Shown piece by piece: positions 9,258 through 20,500 of a stretch of 64,000 bases of DNA. Position numbers and translations under genes: made by a program. Origin of the DNA: a candidate division WOR-3 bacterium (GTDB lineage: Bacteria; Hydrothermota; 32-111); NCBI GenBank assembly GCA_039804105.1, contig JBDRZU010000001.1, positions 256,001 through 320,000 on the forward strand. Reading direction: 5' to 3'. Position 1 is the first letter of the stretch. Every line of letters starts with the position of its first letter. The notes below the pieces were generated by a model. That model saw nothing but the letters and a program-made list of their open reading frames with translations. It did no database searches and was not told where the DNA came from.

Positions 9258-10839
9258 AAAATTAAAAAATATTCTTGATCAAAGAAAAGATCTGCAAAAA
9301 TTTTTATTCATTAAAGGTTTCCTGATCACTACTAAAGATTTATCAGAAAAAAAAGACTCTTTCCCATTTTATTCTAATTTTGAAGTAAAAAAAATAAAAA
9401 ATATTTTTTTCTGGATTTATAAAAATGTTCCATTTTATACTTTTGAGTCGAAAAACAAAACTTATTTTTTAATTGGACATGCTTATAATCCAATAACAAT
9501 GGAACATGATGAAAATAAGATCCTTCTTGATCTTTCGTTCCAAGATGAAAAGGGGACATATAATTTTATAAATAAAATTAATGAACTCACAGGTATATTT
9601 TTATTAGGTAAAATTGAAAATGAACAAATAGATTTTTTACTTGATGCATCTGGGATGCAATATGGATGTTATGGAAAATACGATAAAGATATATTCATTT
9701 CTTCCCATATTCAATTAGTAAACGATGTCTTAAATCTTGATTATATTGATTATGTAAATAGATTGATCAATTATAGATGGTATAAATACATGATGGGGAA
9801 TTATCTTCCCGGAGATTTGACACCTTTTAAAGAATTTAAAAGAATAATCCCTAACACAATTATAACATATAAAAATGATTCTTTTGTGATTAAAAGATTT
9901 TATCCTGAAAAACCTCTTGATTATGTTAAAAATGAAAAAGAGTATAATGATATAATAATTCAAGCATCAGAGATAATGAAAAATAACATGAAACTTATAT
10001 TAAAAAAGTGGAAGAGACCTGCAATTTCATTAACAGGAGGATTGGATAGTCAAACAACTTTTGCGGCTGCAAATGGATTATATGATAAATATGCTGTTTT
10101 CAGTTACATTTCAATGTATCGAGAAAAAGTTGATGCTGAGATTGCTCAAATTAAATCTAAAAAATTTAATGTTAAACATTCTTTATATCAAATCCCTGAA
10201 AGAAATGAAGAAATTGAAGATTTTGAAATCTATAAAATGATTTTAATACATAATGATGGAGAAATCGGAGGGAATAAAGATAATGACATTAGAAAAAAAA
10301 TATATCTTATGAAAAATTTTGCATATGATGTAGAAGTAAAAAACTGGATTGCTGAAACTTTTAGAGGTTATGCCTACAAATATTTCGGGAGAACAAAATT
10401 CCCCAAAGATTTAACACCGAGACACTATTCATCTTTGTATAAATTATTTTTTCTAAACAGAAAACTTTTAAAAGAGACAGATAATTATTTTAAAGAATAC
10501 ATTGAAAAAACAGAATTAAAAGAACATCTTTTCAACTATGATGAAAGCGATTTCTTTGTATGGGAAATGATGCATGGTGGTAAATGTGGACTTAATATTG
10601 GTGTTATGAAATTTTGTTTTGATATAACGATTCCTTATAATAACAGAAAATTTTTAGATATTTTATTAAGAGCAGATATAAAAGATAGAATCTCAGATAA
10701 AGTTCACCTCGATATGACAAAATATATGAATAAAGAATTGTATGATTTGAATTTAAGAGTAATAAATTTGAATGAAACAAGATTTAGAAAATTTCTTGCA
10801 AATATATATTTTACAATTAATAGTTCCTTACCTTTTTGA
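9250..10839 (+). CDS. Asparagine-synthetase-like protein (adenine nucleotide alpha-hydrolase domain, no N-terminal Cys)
   Basis: PP-loop ISLTGGLDS, ELTGIF..DASG Ntn-like segment and IPYNNR; lacks the MCG start. Confidence 0.6.
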   Translation: MNEKLKNILDQRKDLQKFLFIKGFLITTKDLSEKKDSFPFYSNFEVKKIKNIFFWIYKNVPFYTFESKNKTYFLIGHAYNPITMEHDENKILLDLSFQDEKGTYNFINKINELTGIFLLGKIENEQIDFLLDASGMQYGCYGKYDKDIFISSHIQLVNDVLNLDYIDYVNRLINYRWYKYMMGNYLPGDLTPFKEFKRIIPNTIITYKNDSFVIKRFYPEKPLDYVKNEKEYNDIIIQASEIMKNNMKLILKKWKRPAISLTGGLDSQTTFAAANGLYDKYAVFSYISMYREKVDAEIAQIKSKKFNVKHSLYQIPERNEEIEDFEIYKMILIHNDGEIGGNKDNDIRKKIYLMKNFAYDVEVKNWIAETFRGYAYKYFGRTKFPKDLTPRHYSSLYKLFFLNRKLLKETDNYFKEYIEKTELKEHLFNYDESDFFVWEMMHGGKCGLNIGVMKFCFDITIPYNNRKFLDILLRADIKDRISDKVHLDMTKYMNKELYDLNLRVINLNETRFRKFLANIYFTINSSLPF

Positions 10840-10841
10840 TA

Positions 10842-11753
10842 ATGAAACTTCTCATAACAGGTTCATTTAATATAGAAGATAAACAAAAAGTCAGTATAAA
10901 AAAAATAGGGTATGATTTATTTTTTTTTCAGGATGAGAAAAAAACTATTCCGAAATTTTTATTTGATGTTGATGGTATTATTTGTAATAACCTTTTTCTT
11001 TATAACAATATAAGAAACTTTAGAAATTTAAAATTCATTCAACTTACAAGTGCTGGATTGGACAGAATCCCAATGGATTATATCAAAAAGAAAAAAATAA
11101 AAATTTTTAATGCAAAAGGAGTTTATTCGATTCCGATTGCTGAAATGGTAGTTTTAAAAATTCTTGAAATTTATAAAAAATCAAGAAAGTTTGAAAAAGC
11201 ACAAACAAAACATAACTGGGAGAAGATAAGGGATCTCGAAGAATTAAGTGATAAAAAAATTGGTATTCTTGGTTTTGGAGATATTGGAAAAGAGATTGCA
11301 AAAAGATTAAAACCTTTTGGTGTTAGGATTTTTGTTTGTGATATAAAAAAGAAAAAAAATAATCTTATTGAAAAATTCTACTATTTTGATGAATTAAATA
11401 ATTTTTTAAAAAATATTGATGTTTTAATTTTGTCTCTACCTTTAACTGAAACAACAAAAGATCTAATCGATTATGAAAGGATGAATCTTTTAAAAGACGG
11501 TTGTGTTTTAATCAACATATCAAGAGGGGAAATAATTATAGAAAAAGATTTGATAAAATGTTTGAAAAAAAATAAATTTAAAGGTGTTTATCTTGATGTT
11601 TTTGAAAAAGAACCACTTGATAAGAATAATCCATTATGGGATTTTGAAAATGTTTTGATAACACCGCATAACAGTTTTGTTTCAGAAAAAATAAATGAAA
11701 GGTTATTTAACTTAATCTACCAAAATTTGAAATCATTAAAAGGGAAAAGATGA
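10842..11753 (+). CDS. D-2-hydroxyacid dehydrogenase family protein
   Basis: Motifs SAGLD, GILGFGDIG, LPLTETT, INISRG, LDVFEKEPL and ITPH; ATG at 10842. Confidence 0.9.
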   Translation: MKLLITGSFNIEDKQKVSIKKIGYDLFFFQDEKKTIPKFLFDVDGIICNNLFLYNNIRNFRNLKFIQLTSAGLDRIPMDYIKKKKIKIFNAKGVYSIPIAEMVVLKILEIYKKSRKFEKAQTKHNWEKIRDLEELSDKKIGILGFGDIGKEIAKRLKPFGVRIFVCDIKKKKNNLIEKFYYFDELNNFLKNIDVLILSLPLTETTKDLIDYERMNLLKDGCVLINISRGEIIIEKDLIKCLKKNKFKGVYLDVFEKEPLDKNNPLWDFENVLITPHNSFVSEKINERLFNLIYQNLKSLKGKR

Positions 11754-12853
11754 AAAAATTTTTATTGATATCACCGAAAAATCGAACCGTATATAATTTT
11801 AGAGGGGATTTGATTAAAGATCTGCAAAAAAAAGGTTTTGAGGTGTTCGTCACTATCCCAAACGAAGATAATCTTGAAAAAATAAAAGAGTTAGGGGTTG
11901 AATACAGATTCATTCCAATGACAAAACATGGTCTAAATATTATTGAAGATATAAAATATACCTTCGGTCTTATTAGCTATATAAAAGAAATAAAACCTGA
12001 CAAAATTCTTGCTTATACTATAAAACCAATAGTTTATGGTTCAATTGCTTCAAAATTTTCAAGGTCCAATGAATTCTATTCAATGTTCACGGGCTCAGGA
12101 TATGTATTCATATCAAAAAGTTTGAAAGCGAAAATTTTAAATTTGATCGTTAAAAACCTTTATAAAATAGCATTTAAAATCTCAAGGAAAGTTATTTTTT
12201 TTAATGAAGATGATTTAAATGAATTTTTAAAAATGAAAACAGTTTCAAAAGAAAAATGTGTCTTAGTTGAAGGTTCAGGAGTCAATTTAGAAAAATTTAA
12301 ACCTTTGCCTTATCCAGATAAAATAACTTTTTTTATGCTTTCAAGATTGTTAAAAAGTAAAGGAGTAATGCATTATCTTGAAGGATGTAAAAGGATAAAG
12401 GAAAAATATCCTGACGTTAGATGTATGCTTCTTGGAAAAATTGAAAAAATGCCTGATGCTATAGCCGAGAAAAATATAATGTTTTATGTTGATAATGGAT
12501 TTGTCGAGCTTTATGGTGAAACAGAGAATGTGATAGATTATTATAAAAAAACATCTGTATATGTTTTGACTTCTTTCAGAGAAGGAATACCGAGAACAGT
12601 TCTTGAAGCTATGGCATGTGCAAGACCAATAATTACAACAGATGTCCCGGGATGTAGACAGACGGTAGTTGATGGTTACAATGGTTTTTTAGTTCCTTTA
12701 AATAATATAGAAAAACTTGTTGAAAGGATGGAATATTTTATAAATAATAAAAATGAAATTGAAAAAATGGGAAAAAATTCTTATAATCTCTGTAGTGAAA
12801 AATTTGATGTGAAAAAGATAAACAGTTCAATGTTAAAAATAATGGGAATATAG
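11750..12853 (+). CDS. Glycosyltransferase family 4 (PglA-like)
   Basis: Motifs YTIKPIVYG, GSGVNL, RLLKSKG and REGIPRTVLEAMA. Confidence 0.9.
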   Translation: MKKFLLISPKNRTVYNFRGDLIKDLQKKGFEVFVTIPNEDNLEKIKELGVEYRFIPMTKHGLNIIEDIKYTFGLISYIKEIKPDKILAYTIKPIVYGSIASKFSRSNEFYSMFTGSGYVFISKSLKAKILNLIVKNLYKIAFKISRKVIFFNEDDLNEFLKMKTVSKEKCVLVEGSGVNLEKFKPLPYPDKITFFMLSRLLKSKGVMHYLEGCKRIKEKYPDVRCMLLGKIEKMPDAIAEKNIMFYVDNGFVELYGETENVIDYYKKTSVYVLTSFREGIPRTVLEAMACARPIITTDVPGCRQTVVDGYNGFLVPLNNIEKLVERMEYFINNKNEIEKMGKNSYNLCSEKFDVKKINSSMLKIMGI

Positions 12854-12854
12854 A

Positions 12855-14729
12855 ATGTGTGGAATTAATGGAATTTTAGATTTTTCTGAAAAATTAGATA
12901 GTAATAGTTTAGAGCAATTGATCAATGTAATGAACAATTCGATAATTAAAAGAGGTCCTGATGAAGATGGAATTTTTGTTGATAAGAATGTTGCATTTGG
13001 AATGAGAAGATTGTCGATAATTGATTTACAGAAAGGGAAACAGCCGATATTTAATGAGAATAGGACTCTTTTGATTATAATGAATGGAGAAATCTATAAT
13101 TATAAAAATTTAAAAGAACATCTTTTATCAAAAGGGCATAAATTTACAACAAATTCAGACACTGAAGTTGTTTTACATCTTTTTGAAGAATATGGAGTAA
13201 ATGCTTTCAATAAATTAAATGGAATGTTTGCAATCGCAATCTATGACTTAAAAAATAGACAACTTGTCCTCACAAGGGATAGGGCAGGAGAAAAGCCATT
13301 ATACTATTTTAAAAATGAAAAATATTTTATTTTTTCATCCGAAATGAAAGGATTATTAGCATCAAACCTGATAAAAAAAGAGATAGATAAAAAAGCATTA
13401 AATCAATATTTACAATTAACCTATATCCCTTCACCTGAATCAATATTTGTGAATGTTAAAAAATTATTACCTGGTTCATATTTAGTTGTAAATGAGTCAG
13501 GAGATATTAAAAATAATATATATTGGAATATAGATTTTAGTGAACCTGAAATTAAAGATTATGAAAAATGTAAAAAAGAATTAAAAGAAATATTTTATAG
13601 AGTAATTGAAGAAACGATGGTTTCTGATGTTCCTGTTGGAACCTTTTTAAGTGGAGGGATTGATTCAAGTATCATTACTGGAATCGCTTCTAAAATTAGC
13701 AAGAAAAAAATTGATTCTTTTACAATTGGGTATAAAGAAAAGGAGTTTGACGAAAGTGAAAGGGCAAAATTATCTGCTGAAAAATATGGAGTAAATCATC
13801 ATCTTGTATATCTGAAAGTAAATGACTTTTTAGATGAAATAAATAAGATTTTTGATTACATTGATGAACCATTTGCTGATTCATCTTTGATCCCTACTCA
13901 TATGATATCCAAATATGCTTCTAAATATGTAAAAGTTGTTTTAACTGGAGATGGCGGAGATGAGATTTTCGGTGGATATAACAAATATTTGATTGGTTAT
14001 TATACTGAAAAATATAAAAAAATACCTTTACCTTTAAGAACTCTTTTGAAAAAAGCAATTTATTCTTTACCAGACAACACCTATTTATCACATAAGATAA
14101 GAAAAGTTATTGATAATGCAGATTATGATTTATTTACACAGAGAAAAAATTTAATGTGTTTAGGGTTTAAAAATAATGAACTATTGAAGTTATTAAACAA
14201 AAATTATTACATACCAGAATCATTAAATATTATTGACGGTTATTATAACAAATTCAAAAGCAAAACAGAAGAACAGAATCAAACTTTTTATACAGATTTC
14301 AAAATTGTTTTAGAAGGTGATATGTTAACAAAAGTTGATAGAGCAAGTATGATGAATTCTCTTGAAACAAGAGTTCCAATGTTGCATAAAGATATTGTAG
14401 AGTTTTCTATAAGGATTCCCATAAATTACAAAATATCCGGAAAAGAAAGAAAGATAATACTAAAAGATACTTTTTCTGATTTGATTCCAAAAAAACTGTT
14501 AAAAGCGAGTAAAAAAGGATTCGCTGTCCCAATAGGGAAATGGTTCAGAAATGAACTGAAAAATGACCTCTTAAAAGAATTGAATAAAAAAAATATTGAT
14601 GAAAGTGGTATATTTAATTATGATTATGTCGATGTTATAATTAAAGAACATATGACAATGAAAAGAGACCGAAGCAGTGAACTCTGGCTGCTGTATATTT
14701 TTCAGAAGTGGATAATTAGATATTTATGA
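12855..14729 (+). CDS. asnB: Asparagine synthase family glutamine amidotransferase (probably amidates a glycan)
   Basis: Motifs MCGING, RGPD, RRLSIIDL, NGEIYN, FLSGGIDSS and LTGDGGDE. Confidence 0.92.
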   Translation: MCGINGILDFSEKLDSNSLEQLINVMNNSIIKRGPDEDGIFVDKNVAFGMRRLSIIDLQKGKQPIFNENRTLLIIMNGEIYNYKNLKEHLLSKGHKFTTNSDTEVVLHLFEEYGVNAFNKLNGMFAIAIYDLKNRQLVLTRDRAGEKPLYYFKNEKYFIFSSEMKGLLASNLIKKEIDKKALNQYLQLTYIPSPESIFVNVKKLLPGSYLVVNESGDIKNNIYWNIDFSEPEIKDYEKCKKELKEIFYRVIEETMVSDVPVGTFLSGGIDSSIITGIASKISKKKIDSFTIGYKEKEFDESERAKLSAEKYGVNHHLVYLKVNDFLDEINKIFDYIDEPFADSSLIPTHMISKYASKYVKVVLTGDGGDEIFGGYNKYLIGYYTEKYKKIPLPLRTLLKKAIYSLPDNTYLSHKIRKVIDNADYDLFTQRKNLMCLGFKNNELLKLLNKNYYIPESLNIIDGYYNKFKSKTEEQNQTFYTDFKIVLEGDMLTKVDRASMMNSLETRVPMLHKDIVEFSIRIPINYKISGKERKIILKDTFSDLIPKKLLKASKKGFAVPIGKWFRNELKNDLLKELNKKNIDESGIFNYDYVDVIIKEHMTMKRDRSSELWLLYIFQKWIIRYL

Positions 14730-15823
14730 ACAAGGGAATAAGAGTTCTACAGGTTTTTGGCAGAATGGATAGAGGTGGGGCTGAAACCTTGATTATGAAT
14801 GTTTATAGACACATTGATAGAAATAAAGTTCAGTTTGATTTTTTAGTTCATACACAGGATAAATGTGCATATGATGATGAGATTTTATCGATGGGAGGTA
14901 GAATTTTCAGAGTTCCAAGATATAAAGTTTATAATCATTTACAATACATTAACCAAATTAAAAATATTTTAAGTAAAAACCAATGGGAAATTATGCATTT
15001 TCATTTTTTTACAATATTTCCAGTCTATTTATCTATAGTGAATAAATATAAATATAAAATTGTAATTCATTCCCATAGTAACAATTTAGAAAAAAGTTTT
15101 AAAGGATTTTATCAAAAATTACTTTTAAATAAAATAAAAAAAATTGATGTTGAAAGATTTGCCTGTTCAGAGAAAGCAGGAGAATTTATTTTTAAAAAAA
15201 ATGATTTTATAACTTTTAACAATGGAATTGATACGAAAAAATTTAGTTTTAAGTCGGAAATTAGAGCACAATTTAGGGAAATATTAAGAATTCAAAATAA
15301 AATTGTATTGGGTCATGTGGGAAGTATTTATGAGCCTAAAAATCACTCATTTTTAATTGATGTTTTTTATGAATTTCAAAAAATAGAAAGTAATTCTGTT
15401 TTGATATTAGTTGGTGATGGACATTTAAAAGAAAAAATTAAAATCAAAATTAAAAAATTAAATATAGATGAAAAAGTAATATTCATGGGTGTGAGAGAAG
15501 ATGTTTATAATATTTTAAATTCTTTTGATATATTTGTATTCCCTTCATTATTTGAAGGTTTACCTGTTTCATTAATTGAAGCACAAAATAATGGATTAAA
15601 ATGTATAATTTCTGATAGAATAACAAACGAAGTAAAAATAACAGATCTTGTTGATTTTTTATCTCTTGAAAAAGGGGCAAAATATTGGGCTGAACATATT
15701 GCAAAATCCTTATATTATGAAAGAAAAGATAGAAGTGAAGAAATAATAAAAGCAGGGTATGATATAAAAGAGAATGCAAAATGGCTTGAAAAATTTTATT
15801 TAGAACTGATAAATAAAAAATGA
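14726..15823 (+). CDS. Glycosyltransferase family 4 (EpsF-like)
   Basis: Motifs MDRGGAET, GHVG..KNH and FPSLFEGLPVSLIEAQ. Confidence 0.9.
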   Translation: MNKGIRVLQVFGRMDRGGAETLIMNVYRHIDRNKVQFDFLVHTQDKCAYDDEILSMGGRIFRVPRYKVYNHLQYINQIKNILSKNQWEIMHFHFFTIFPVYLSIVNKYKYKIVIHSHSNNLEKSFKGFYQKLLLNKIKKIDVERFACSEKAGEFIFKKNDFITFNNGIDTKKFSFKSEIRAQFREILRIQNKIVLGHVGSIYEPKNHSFLIDVFYEFQKIESNSVLILVGDGHLKEKIKIKIKKLNIDEKVIFMGVREDVYNILNSFDIFVFPSLFEGLPVSLIEAQNNGLKCIISDRITNEVKITDLVDFLSLEKGAKYWAEHIAKSLYYERKDRSEEIIKAGYDIKENAKWLEKFYLELINKK

Positions 15824-17094
15824 AAAAAATTTGGATTTTATTTTTACTACAATTAGTAATATTAGCAATTCTTAAACCATTTATAACTGATTTAGAATTT
15901 TCGTCTTTGTATTTTGTATTTATTCATTCTATCTTAACTATTTTAATTTTATTACAATATAAAACAAAATTAAAATATTTGTTTATCTTAGGTTTTCTCT
16001 TAAGAGTTTTTACAATGTTCTGGGATATTTATTTCCATAATATTTTTAATCTACCAAATTCAGGTGTTGATAGTGAAATGTATTATTATTATGCTGTTCA
16101 AATATCTAATTATGAATCTTTTTCAAATTTGTTCACAAGGGGTGGTTTATATTCATTTATAAATGGAGTAATGTTTATTTTTATTGGAACACAAAGAATA
16201 ATTGGACAATACTTGAATGTAATTTTTGGCTTAAATGTAATCATATTGGTTTTCAAAATTCTTAATCTCTTAAATATTGATGATAGCAAGAAACTAATTT
16301 CAATAGCAATACTTGCTGTTTTCCCAAACTCATTAATAATGTCAGGGATTTTTTTAAGAGAAAGTATCATCACTTTTTTAGCAACAATTTCTTTATATTA
16401 TTTTACATTATGGTTTTTAACAAATAAAAATAAATACATGTTTCATTCAATTCTTTTTGTTGGCTTAGCAAGTGCGTTCCATTCAGGAATGATTGCTTTA
16501 TTTTTAGGTTATGCTTTTTCTTTTCTTTTTTATTCTTCAAAATACAATAACTTTATTTTTTCAAAAAGAACAATTTTTACTTTTTTATTATTACTTTTTG
16601 TATTTATATTTTCATATTTTAGATACCAAGAAGTTTTTTTTGCTAAATTCACAAAACTTGATCAAATTGAGGATTATTTTACAACTGTAAACAGTAGATT
16701 AGGCGGTTCTGCTTATTTAAAATTTTTAAAAATTGATTCTCCTTTGTTACTTGTTTTATTTGGCCCAATTAAATTTATTTATTTTTATATCGCTCCACTT
16801 CCTATTGATTGGAGAAATATTTTTGATGTTATAACTTTTTTATTTGATTCGTTGTTGTATTTGTATATAATGATAAAAATTTCTGATTTTGTTTTAAATG
16901 AGAAAAACAAATTCAGTACTGTTTATAAAAATTACGTTTTTTCTTTAATTATGATTATTGTCTTTGTTTCAATTATTTTTGGTTCAGGGGTTGGTAATAC
17001 AGGAACTGCATTAAGGCATAGACAAAAGTTTATATCAAACTTTATTGTTTTGTTAGCTTTAATAAATCTTTCAAAAAAGGAGTTAAAAAAATGA
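15820..17094 (+). CDS. Polytopic membrane protein, probable Wzy-type polysaccharide polymerase
   Basis: About 10 TM segments, LRES and GTALRHRQK motifs, located within a glycan locus. Confidence 0.6.
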   Translation: MKKIWILFLLQLVILAILKPFITDLEFSSLYFVFIHSILTILILLQYKTKLKYLFILGFLLRVFTMFWDIYFHNIFNLPNSGVDSEMYYYYAVQISNYESFSNLFTRGGLYSFINGVMFIFIGTQRIIGQYLNVIFGLNVIILVFKILNLLNIDDSKKLISIAILAVFPNSLIMSGIFLRESIITFLATISLYYFTLWFLTNKNKYMFHSILFVGLASAFHSGMIALFLGYAFSFLFYSSKYNNFIFSKRTIFTFLLLLFVFIFSYFRYQEVFFAKFTKLDQIEDYFTTVNSRLGGSAYLKFLKIDSPLLLVLFGPIKFIYFYIAPLPIDWRNIFDVITFLFDSLLYLYIMIKISDFVLNEKNKFSTVYKNYVFSLIMIIVFVSIIFGSGVGNTGTALRHRQKFISNFIVLLALINLSKKELKK

Positions 17095-18335
17095 ATATTT
17101 TGTATGTTACTGGATTGTCTATTCCTTTAAAAAATATTATTGAAGGCAAAATGGAAAAAGAAATTACTGGGCTTCCTGGATTTTATTATCCATGGAAAAA
17201 ACTTGTTGATAGAGGTCACAATGTTGATTTTGTTTTTATTTCCAATTTTAAAGGAAAATATAATATTAAGGTTCAATGGTTTAGTGAAAAAAATATTCTT
17301 GCTAATATTTATGCTCCTTACACAGAAGTAAATTTTTTCAGATTTATAAGACAGTTTATTAGATTTATTCAACTTTTATACTATACTTATAAAGCAACAA
17401 AAACAAAAAAATATGATTTTATATATTGTAAAGCTTATGAAGGTTTTGCAGGTCAAATTATTGGTAAAATATATAAAATACCAACAGGTATTAGATTATT
17501 TGGAGATTTTACCTTTTGTTATACTGACATAAAAAAATATGGGATATTTTGGGGTTCTATTAAACACATTTTTGAATTTTTTTCTTTTAAATTGGGAGCA
17601 AATTTTTTACTTGCCACTGATGATGGTTCAAATTGTGATAAACTTTTTTATTTGTGGAATAATTATAAAACAAAATTTTATTTTTGGAAAACAGGAATTG
17701 ATATCTCATTACCTGAAATAAATAAACCATCAACAATAAGAATTCCTAATAAAAATTACATTTATTTTGCGGCAAGATATCAAAATTGGAAAAGACATGA
17801 TAGAGTCATAAATGTATTAAAAAAACTAATAGATAAAAATTATAAATTAGATTTAGTTTTCACAGGTAATATAACATCTCAAGAATATTATGAAAGCTTA
17901 AAAAAATTATCCAAATACTTGAATGTTGACCAGTATGTTTTTTTTGAAAAAGAAATAGCCCAAAATGATGTAAAGTTATTAGCAAAAAATGCTGTTGCAA
18001 ATATATTGATGGCAGATAATTCAAATTTAGGAAATGTGTTTTTTGAAATTTTTTCTATAGGTTCTATAATAATCTCTTTAAAAAATCGAGCATTAGAAGA
18101 ATATATTGTTAACGGGTATAATGGATTTCTTGTTGAAAATGAAGATGAAGTAGTAGAAATAATTATTAAAATTTTAAAAGAAGAAATTGATTCAAATAAG
18201 ATTAAAGAAAATGCTAAAAAAACTGCTCTTGAGAGATTTTTATCTATAGATGAAAGATTTGATAAAGAGGTAGAACTTATAGAAAGAACAGCAAGAAGAG
18301 AAAAAAATATAAAGATTAAGTTAAGTAAAAAATGA
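17091..18335 (+). CDS. Glycosyltransferase (GT-B fold, family 4-like)
   Basis: Motifs ARYQNWKR, SNLGNVFFE and IVNGYNGFLV. Confidence 0.75.
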   Translation: MNILYVTGLSIPLKNIIEGKMEKEITGLPGFYYPWKKLVDRGHNVDFVFISNFKGKYNIKVQWFSEKNILANIYAPYTEVNFFRFIRQFIRFIQLLYYTYKATKTKKYDFIYCKAYEGFAGQIIGKIYKIPTGIRLFGDFTFCYTDIKKYGIFWGSIKHIFEFFSFKLGANFLLATDDGSNCDKLFYLWNNYKTKFYFWKTGIDISLPEINKPSTIRIPNKNYIYFAARYQNWKRHDRVINVLKKLIDKNYKLDLVFTGNITSQEYYESLKKLSKYLNVDQYVFFEKEIAQNDVKLLAKNAVANILMADNSNLGNVFFEIFSIGSIIISLKNRALEEYIVNGYNGFLVENEDEVVEIIIKILKEEIDSNKIKENAKKTALERFLSIDERFDKEVELIERTARREKNIKIKLSKK

Positions 18336-19822
18336 ATATAAAAATTGCTACTAATTCATTAATATTAACAATTACAAGATTCATAAATCTTGTTGTGATG
18401 ATTATTTATTTAATGATATTAGCAAGATTCCTAACTCTAAAAGAGTATGGAACTTTTTCTCAAATTTTACTTATATCCAATTTTGCAACGATTGTTCTTG
18501 GTTTTGGACTTGCTTCAAGTGTTAATTATTTTATGGCAAAAGAGGATACTGATGATGGAAAAAATAAGTTTTTATCAATTTTTTATACTTTCACTATTTT
18601 TATTTCAGTAATAATTGGAATTACTCTCATTTTAACTGATTCATTTTTCTCAAAATATTTTAATAATGATGATTTAATTTCATATTCGATCGCTTTTTTT
18701 GTTTTGCCTTTTGCAATTATTAGTAAATCAAGTTTTGACAACGTTATGATAGTTTCAAACAAAACAAGATATTTGTTATTTTTCAAAATATTCCATTCTG
18801 CTCTTCTTCTTATTACTGTTACTTTGAATTTTATTTTAAAAAGTAATTTTAAAATATTTTTAATATTTTATCTTGCAATTGAACTAATTGTATCACTTAT
18901 TTTTCTTTTATACATTTATTTATTTGTTAACAAATTCAAATTTAAAATTGAATATAGAATTCTGAAAAGTATATTAAAGTTTTCAATTCCATTAGGACTT
19001 GCAACAACAATTTCAACAATAAATATAGAACTTGATAAATTTATTATAGGTAGATTTTTTGATACTGAAAAACTCGCGATTTATACTAATGGGTCAAAGG
19101 AAATGCCTGTCACAATAATATCAGGATCGTTGGTTTCTATCCTTATGCCGATTATCGTTAAGGAGATTAAAAGAAAAAATTATAATAAAGTAATGGAACT
19201 ATGGAATAAAACAAATGAATTATCTTTAATTGTTATTTCTTACTTTATAATTATTTTTTTAGTATTTGCTCCAGAAATTGTAACAATACTTTATTCAAAA
19301 AAATACATTGAAGCAGTTCCTATCTTTAGAATATATTCTCTTGTTTTATTTTTAAAATTTACTTATTTTGGTATGGTGTTAAATGCTTCAGGTAAAACAA
19401 AATTTATTTTTTATTCATCCTTAATATCTCTATTTTTAAATATGTTTCTTAATGTTTTATTCATAAAATTATTTGGTTTTATTGGTCCAGCAATAGCAAC
19501 TCTATTATCTTTATCTGTTGTAGTTTTTTTTCAACTCTTTTATACTTCAAAATTGACTGGTTTTAGTTTTTTAAAAATTTTTAAATGGAATACAATCTTT
19601 AAAACTATAGTAGTAACTTTTCTTTTTTCGGTCATTTTAGAAGTTTTAAAAATTTTTATTTTAAAATTTAGAATAAATCCTTATTTATCTTTTATTGTTT
19701 TATTATTTCTATTTTCAATTTTCTACTTTATTTTTGCATTTAAAAAAAAAATTCTTAATTTATGGAAATATTTAAATAACTACAAACAGGAGGATGAAAT
19801 TAAAAATGAAAATTTTAGTTAA
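18332..19822 (+). CDS. wzx: Wzx oligosaccharide flippase
   Basis: [26 protein letters not shown] and [11 protein letters not shown] motifs; 12 or more TM segments. Confidence 0.88.
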   Translation: MNIKIATNSLILTITRFINLVVMIIYLMILARFLTLKEYGTFSQILLISNFATIVLGFGLASSVNYFMAKEDTDDGKNKFLSIFYTFTIFISVIIGITLILTDSFFSKYFNNDDLISYSIAFFVLPFAIISKSSFDNVMIVSNKTRYLLFFKIFHSALLLITVTLNFILKSNFKIFLIFYLAIELIVSLIFLLYIYLFVNKFKFKIEYRILKSILKFSIPLGLATTISTINIELDKFIIGRFFDTEKLAIYTNGSKEMPVTIISGSLVSILMPIIVKEIKRKNYNKVMELWNKTNELSLIVISYFIIIFLVFAPEIVTILYSKKYIEAVPIFRIYSLVLFLKFTYFGMVLNASGKTKFIFYSSLISLFLNMFLNVLFIKLFGFIGPAIATLLSLSVVVFFQLFYTSKLTGFSFLKIFKWNTIFKTIVVTFLFSVILEVLKIFILKFRINPYLSFIVLLFLFSIFYFIFAFKKKILNLWKYLNNYKQEDEIKNENFS

Positions 19823-20414
19823 AAACATTTATTTGTTTTTAGTTTTTCTTTATGCAAAATTAATATCTTTATTTTTATATGACAAAAAATATCTTAAAAG
19901 TAAATGGTTTAAAGGACAAAAATATTTTTTTGATGCACCAGGATGGGTATGGATAATTAGAGATTTTAATGGGCGTCTGTTTTTAAATGTAAACACTACT
20001 GTACCATTTCCCATATCTCCTTTTTGTAAAGTAATTGATTTTAACAACATAACTTTTCATCCTGATTCTTTAAACATTTTTCAATCTGTAGGATCATATT
20101 TCCAGGCATTTAAAGACGGAAAAATTATAATCGGAAAGAATACTTGGATTGCTCCAAATGTTGGAATAATCACAACAAATCATAATCCCTTTAACCCGTC
20201 AAAACATCAAAAAGGGGAAACGGTTATTATAGAAGATAATTGTTGGATTGGAATGAATTCAGTTATATTGCCTGGAGTTAAATTGGGTAAGAATACAGTA
20301 GTTGGTGCTGGATCAGTGGTAACAAAAAGTTTTCCTGAAGGTTATTGTGTTATTGCTGGTAACCCAGCAAAAAAAATTAAGGATTTACCTAAAGAAGGTT
20401 ATCAAGAACCTTAA
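19806..20414 (+). CDS. Hexapeptide-repeat (LbH) O-acyltransferase
   Basis: [15 protein letters not shown] and [31 protein letters not shown]; start at 19794 or 19806. Confidence 0.9.
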   Translation: MKILVKNIYLFLVFLYAKLISLFLYDKKYLKSKWFKGQKYFFDAPGWVWIIRDFNGRLFLNVNTTVPFPISPFCKVIDFNNITFHPDSLNIFQSVGSYFQAFKDGKIIIGKNTWIAPNVGIITTNHNPFNPSKHQKGETVIIEDNCWIGMNSVILPGVKLGKNTVVGAGSVVTKSFPEGYCVIAGNPAKKIKDLPKEGYQEP

Positions 20415-20448
20415 AAATTTTTCTTGCATTCATCTTCATTCATCCTAC

Positions 20449-20476
20449 TTGAATCTTGTTTCAAAATGATTACCAT
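20449..20476 (+). promoter_or_regulatory. Candidate promoter for oligopeptidase B
   Basis: TTGAAT-N16-TACCAT. Confidence 0.4.
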
Positions 20477-20500
20477 ATATTGAATATGAAAGGAGTGGTG

